A stretch of 63,956 bases of DNA, filler included, from Chloroflexota bacterium (lineage in GTDB: Bacteria > Chloroflexota > Chloroflexia > QHBQ01), in assembly GCA_043754535.1 (NCBI GenBank). It is 7 parts of 7 records of this genome, joined end to end, with 100 filler letters (N's around TTAATTAATTAA, not from the genome) between each part and the next. Parts side by side here need not be neighbours in the genome. Positions count along the whole stretch, not along the records: positions 59,004 to 63,956 come from JAYUUN010000039.1; 6 more parts are not named here. One strand, 5' to 3'. The position numbers were made by a program, and so were the translations under genes. Positions 59,855-63,956 of the stretch are shown here, piece after piece; positions within the stretch are counted from its first letter, which is position 1, and each line of letters begins with the position of its first letter. The notes beneath the pieces were generated by a model. That model searched no databases. It saw only the letters and a list, made by a program, of their open reading frames with translations, and was not told where the DNA came from.

Positions 59855-62800
59855 TTGCAAACACACACACCTAACAACAGACACGAACGAATAGAGGCAC
59901 GCGACGTAGCAATGCTGGCGGAACAGGCCGGGGCTGGCCGCGTGGAAGCGGGGCGCAACGGCAAATACTACCTCGCCCGCTGCCCGCTGACAAGCCATGC
60001 ACATCCAAAGCGGGGCGACGTGGTGATAATGCCCGGTGGAGGCACACACTGCATCAAGTGCGGTGAGACGATCAGCCCGGCGCAGATGGTAGCAGGCTAT
60101 CGCGGTGGCAGCGTAGATGATGCGTGGCAGTGGATCAACCGGCAACTTGGCCGCCCTGATCGTCGCCGCGACTGGCAGCCCGCCTCGCCGACGGTTGACC
60201 TGTCCAGCAACCCCCGCCCCTATGATGTTGACAACGCCGACCTGGTGTACCGGGTGTTGCTGGAAGAACTAGGGCTGGCAGAGTGCCACCAGCAGTTTGA
60301 GGCAAGGCGCGGCCAAACAGCAGCGCAGATGATCGCCCTTGGCTACGCCACTCTACCGGCAGGCATGGGCAAAGAGGATGCAAGGGGGCAGGCGGTCGCC
60401 CGTGTGATTGCCCGCGTTGGTGAGGCGGCGGTCGCCAAAGTGCCGGGCTTCTTCAAGCGGTACGGCTATTGGAACGTCGCCGGGGCGGGTGGCAAGCAAG
60501 GACGGCTGATCCCGGTTCGCAACGCCGCCGGTAGGATAGCCCGCTTGCAGGTCAACCCCGACGTGGTAGAAGTAGGAGCAGCAAAGTACCTGTACATAGC
60601 TGCTGGTGCTGGCACGCCAGGCGCGGCGCACATCGTTAACCCACCAGGCGAGTTTGCTAGCGACCCCCGGATATGGCTGACTGAAGGGCCGCGCAAGGCT
60701 GACATAGCCAGCCCACGACTTGACGCAGTGATGATCGCAAGCTGCGGCGGGTCTGACCGCAAGGCGGCGATCCACGCCCTGCTCGACCACTGTGGCAGCG
60801 ACCGCCCGCCGGTAGTGCTGGCTTATGACATTGACGAGGCGGGGCGCGGGTCGGAGCGACGCAAGGGCTTCACAGAGCAAATGGCGTGCGACCTGGCTGC
60901 GCTCGACTTCCCGCTGTTTGTCGCCGAGTGGAACGGCACGACGGCAAAGGGCATTGACGACGCACTGCTACAAGGATTGAAGATCACCACCCGCCGCTAC
61001 CGGCACAAGGGCAGGAAAGGGCTGGCGGCGATTGAAACTGACACCATCGCCCGCGTGTTGGTCGCCGTAGAGCCAGAGCGGATGTACACACTGGAAGAAG
61101 CACGGGCGGCCAACTACACCACCATCCGCGCCCTCTTGGATAGCTACGCTGAAGAAGATACAAGCCAGCGCGGGCGGGTCGTGGTGCTGTCCTCGACTAC
61201 CGGCACAGGCAAGACGACGGCGGCCATCACCGCGCTGGCCGACCGCTGGCAAGCAGGTTGGCCGGAGGTCACGCGCACGCGGCGACGGCAAGCCACCGGC
61301 GAGGAGTATACAGCACGCGCCCTGCTGCGTGTGATTGTGGCGGTAGAGCAGCGCGAACAGGTAGCCGAGTGGATCGCCCGCCTCGCCGCGCACGGAGTAC
61401 CTGCCGTGCCGTTGATCGGGCGGGTCGCGCCGACTGATACCGAACTTGCAGCGACTTGGCCGGGCGCAGTTTGCGAGTTGGCTAAAGAGGCCGAGCAGCT
61501 TGCAAAGCGTGGGCATAGTGCTGGGCTTGTTTGCGGGCCGAAGGGCGAACCCCACAACTGTGAACATCAGCAGACGGTCAGCAGCCTATTGAGCGACGAT
61601 CCAGCCGCCGCGCCGATAGTCATTGCGACCAAAGCCGCCCTGTTCAAAGGCCGCGACCGGCTGGCTAACTTCGACCTCCTGATTTGTGATGAGGGTCTGG
61701 AAGGGCAGATGCACGACCCGATTCGGCTGGACAATGACGCGCTGCGTGACTGGCTAATCGCAATGGATCGGCACAGCGATCACTACCCGGTTGGCTGTCC
61801 ACAAAGAGCGTTGCACGGCGCGCTGACAGTGGCGGTCGCTGGTGCGCCGATGGAAGCTGCCCCGCTGCTCGAACATCTGAAGGTGAACATCCCCAACATA
61901 GTGCGGCTGCTGGAAGCGTGCGCGGCAGAGCAGCCGGTGAAACTTCAAGGCGGCGGCGAGGGCTGCCTGCTACTCGAAGCCGTTTGTTATGTGGAGGAAG
62001 TTGGCACGCGGCGCAAGCTGATCCCGCCTCGGTACTGGAGCGAACTGGTGAAGGTGCTGAGTGACGAACTGGCAGGCGGCGATCATCTGCTTTGGCTGAA
62101 GACGCGACCCGCCGTGCTGGATGGTAAGGCGGTGCAGGCCGGGGCTATCATCTACCAGAGGCCACGCCGTAAGCTGATCAGCAGGCTGACCCCCGACGGG
62201 AGCGGACGCAAGTGCGATGCGATCATCCTCGATGCCACGCCCGGCCCACTGCTGACCAATCTGCTACCCCATACCAAGATCAAGAACTTCGCAGTGCCAC
62301 AACACACCCATGCTGTGCAAACTACCGACGCGCTGTACACCAGCAACGGCCTGGCCGCCCGCGACAGTGCAGCGGCGACCAAGCTGGGCAAGCTGGCTAA
62401 TGTGCTGGCTACGCCCAACCTCAGCACCGGCGTTATCGGACACAAGCGGTTCATGGGGGCGGGCGGGGCGATCACGGTCAACCTCGAAGCCGACGGCGTA
62501 GATGCTGGTTGGTATGGCAACGATGATCGCGCACACAACCGCTGGGAGGATGTTCACGCGCTGATTGTCGTGGGCCATTTCCAGCTACCACCTGATGAAG
62601 CAATGATGATGGCCGCGATGATCCGCCATGTGCGCGGGGAAGCTGCCCCGACCAAAGCCGAGTCGGTACAAGTGCTGCGCCCCTACACCTACGCCGACCC
62701 TGCTACCGGCATGGGGGCGGGCTGGTGGACAAAGGTCGCCGCCGACCCGTTGTCCTCTAAGATCGCGTTGCACAGTGAGCAAGCCACCTTGTGGCAAGCC

Positions 62801-63379
62801 ATTGGCCGCGCCCGCGCTGCTACCCGCAACCCACTATCGCCGGTGATAGTCTACCTGTTGACCGCAACGCCCGTCGCCGGTCTGAAGGTTGATCGGCTGG
62901 CGACGGTAGACGAACTGCTGGAAGAAGCGGGCTTGCTAGACACATGGGCTATTGAGAAGAAGCGGGCGAACATCAAAGCGACCGCAGAGCAGAAAAAACA
63001 GGAAGCGGCGGCAAAGATTGAAGCTGCCTACAACGCCGGGGCGCGTGGCGTGCGACCGCTGGCGCGTGCCGCCGGGGTATCTCCGAACACCGTGCAGGCA
63101 TGGGCCAAGCGGAAGGGCGGAGATGAAAGGTGTATCAAGCACGCTGCACTAATATATATATGCAACGTGTGTGATACAGCATCCATCTCCCCGATCCCGC
63201 CCAACGTGGTGCTGCTGGCAGTCATAACGCCGCTGATCTCTGGTATGGTCGAGCCAACCCCGCAACCCGCCCCCACCTCAAAGCCGAGACGCTCACCCCA
63301 TAGCCGTGCGCCTCGTGCGCCCTCACCAGGCGGGCCAGCATATCAGCCCGCCTCGCTAACCGTCCGATCAACCAGCTAG
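59855..63379 (+). CDS. Putative plasmid/MGE replication protein: CHC2 zinc finger + TOPRIM (DUF3854-like) primase + SF2 helicase + HTH
   Basis: 'CPL..H...HCIKC'; 'LTEGPRKADI', 'LAYDID', 'KGIDD'; 'TGTGKT', 'ICDEG', 'LDATP', 'QAIGRAR'; 'VRPLARAAGVSPNTV'; start uncertain (59855 TTG or 59912 ATG). Confidence 0.75.
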   Translation: MQTHTPNNRHERIEARDVAMLAEQAGAGRVEAGRNGKYYLARCPLTSHAHPKRGDVVIMPGGGTHCIKCGETISPAQMVAGYRGGSVDDAWQWINRQLGRPDRRRDWQPASPTVDLSSNPRPYDVDNADLVYRVLLEELGLAECHQQFEARRGQTAAQMIALGYATLPAGMGKEDARGQAVARVIARVGEAAVAKVPGFFKRYGYWNVAGAGGKQGRLIPVRNAAGRIARLQVNPDVVEVGAAKYLYIAAGAGTPGAAHIVNPPGEFASDPRIWLTEGPRKADIASPRLDAVMIASCGGSDRKAAIHALLDHCGSDRPPVVLAYDIDEAGRGSERRKGFTEQMACDLAALDFPLFVAEWNGTTAKGIDDALLQGLKITTRRYRHKGRKGLAAIETDTIARVLVAVEPERMYTLEEARAANYTTIRALLDSYAEEDTSQRGRVVVLSSTTGTGKTTAAITALADRWQAGWPEVTRTRRRQATGEEYTARALLRVIVAVEQREQVAEWIARLAAHGVPAVPLIGRVAPTDTELAATWPGAVCELAKEAEQLAKRGHSAGLVCGPKGEPHNCEHQQTVSSLLSDDPAAAPIVIATKAALFKGRDRLANFDLLICDEGLEGQMHDPIRLDNDALRDWLIAMDRHSDHYPVGCPQRALHGALTVAVAGAPMEAAPLLEHLKVNIPNIVRLLEACAAEQPVKLQGGGEGCLLLEAVCYVEEVGTRRKLIPPRYWSELVKVLSDELAGGDHLLWLKTRPAVLDGKAVQAGAIIYQRPRRKLISRLTPDGSGRKCDAIILDATPGPLLTNLLPHTKIKNFAVPQHTHAVQTTDALYTSNGLAARDSAAATKLGKLANVLATPNLSTGVIGHKRFMGAGGAITVNLEADGVDAGWYGNDDRAHNRWEDVHALIVVGHFQLPPDEAMMMAAMIRHVRGEAAPTKAESVQVLRPYTYADPATGMGAGWWTKVAADPLSSKIALHSEQATLWQAIGRARAATRNPLSPVIVYLLTATPVAGLKVDRLATVDELLEEAGLLDTWAIEKKRANIKATAEQKKQEAAAKIEAAYNAGARGVRPLARAAGVSPNTVQAWAKRKGGDERCIKHAALIYICNVCDTASISPIPPNVVLLAVITPLISGMVEPTPQPAPTSKPRRSPHSRAPRAPSPGGPAYQPASLTVRSTS
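63131..63178. repeat. 18-bp inverted repeat flanking an AT-rich core (candidate origin)
   Basis: TGTATCAAGCACGCTGCA-CTAATATATATA-TGCAACGTGTGTGATACA; arms match at 15/18 positions. Confidence 0.55.
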
Positions 63380-63389
63380 CTGCACACAA

Positions 63390-63662
63390 GTGCTGCACAA
63401 CCGCCCCGCAGCCGCGCCTATCCTCTGCTTGAAGTGCAGCAGCATCATTGCCAGCTTCGCCGCCGATGATGACCGCCGTCCTGTCCCGGCCAGCAACAAC
63501 CCTGCCCACACGATCCTAACCGGCGGCGATTGCGGCCTCATGTTCGCAGCCTGCTGCAACCGTTGGCAAAGTTGGCATTATCTAACCGCCCACCCAGCCG
63601 ACATTTTCACTGCTCACAGTCGCGCCGTCTATGCCAACCGCGCAGGCATCAACCCCGCTTGA
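63390..63662 (+). CDS. Small Cys-containing hypothetical protein
   Basis: 'CLKC...C...CC'; 10 bp after the rep stop. Confidence 0.35.
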   Translation: MLHNRPAAAPILCLKCSSIIASFAADDDRRPVPASNNPAHTILTGGDCGLMFAACCNRWQSWHYLTAHPADIFTAHSRAVYANRAGINPA

Positions 63663-63675
63663 ATACCGCACTGGA

Positions 63676-63736
63676 TTGCTACAGCGTTGTAGCAAGATCG
63701 GACATAGCTTGTGCCTAACTCGGACATTTTGGACAT
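63676..63736. repeat. Perfect 8-bp inverted repeat plus GGACAT direct repeats
   Basis: TTGCTACA-GCGT-TGTAGCAA; TCGGACAT at 63698 and 63720, GGACAT at 63731. Confidence 0.5.
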
Positions 63737-63860
63737 TTCCGCCCCCACAATCAGCCGCGACTTTGAGGCAGAAGCCCTGCTGAATGATCGCATCACCGCT
63801 GCGCTTGAGGCTGGCATTGACGACGTGCCGACCGCCTATCTGCTCGACCTCGCGGCGTAA
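63711..63860 (+). CDS. Small acidic hypothetical protein (49 aa)
   Basis: GTG..TAA 'PNSDILDISAPTISRDFEAEALLNDRITAALEAGIDDVPTAYLLDLAA'. Confidence 0.3.
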   Translation: MPNSDILDISAPTISRDFEAEALLNDRITAALEAGIDDVPTAYLLDLAA

Positions 63861-63956
63861 GTACGCGCCAGCCTCGCCGGTAAGCCGTGCGCCCATCAAC
63901 AGGAGACAAGCAGCAATGACAGTTCGCAGCAAGCTAGCCTCTGACGGTTTCGGCGT

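Overview
This window is a concatenation of 7 assembly contigs joined by artificial N44-TTAATTAATTAA-N44 linkers, so adjacency across linkers means nothing. The contigs are 1-17922, 18023-23940, 24041-41861, 41962-47743, 47844-53447, 53548-58903 and 59004-63956. The GC-rich sequence and gene content (SLH/CHAP surface protein, QYFER-repeat secreted protein, sbp in the dcw cluster, many TGnTATAAT promoters) suggest a Chloroflexota MAG; this is an inference. Contigs 1-5 are mostly housekeeping: tRNA-Gly, tRNA-Arg, uppP, GH38, purE, ffh, ftsY, an atypical dcw cluster, an ECF sigma/anti-sigma pair and aroK-aroB. The best candidate for a new system is contig 7, a putative plasmid/MGE replicon. It encodes one ~1170-aa CHC2-TOPRIM(DUF3854-like)-SF2 helicase-HTH protein. 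Two promoter-to-terminator antisense small-RNA candidates lie upstream, and an 18-bp inverted repeat around an AT-rich core sits inside the 3' end of the gene (candidate origin). Other notable items are an SDR-PTPS(BH4-type motif)-SDR cluster, an orphan csx15 coupled to an unknown upstream gene, a dcw cluster lacking murE/murG but carrying CDF, CvpA-like and GNAT genes, and many deletion-derived remnants (IS3, inorganic pyrophosphatase, ABC transporter, SARP, cyclase). All calls come from motif recognition by eye; no searches were run.
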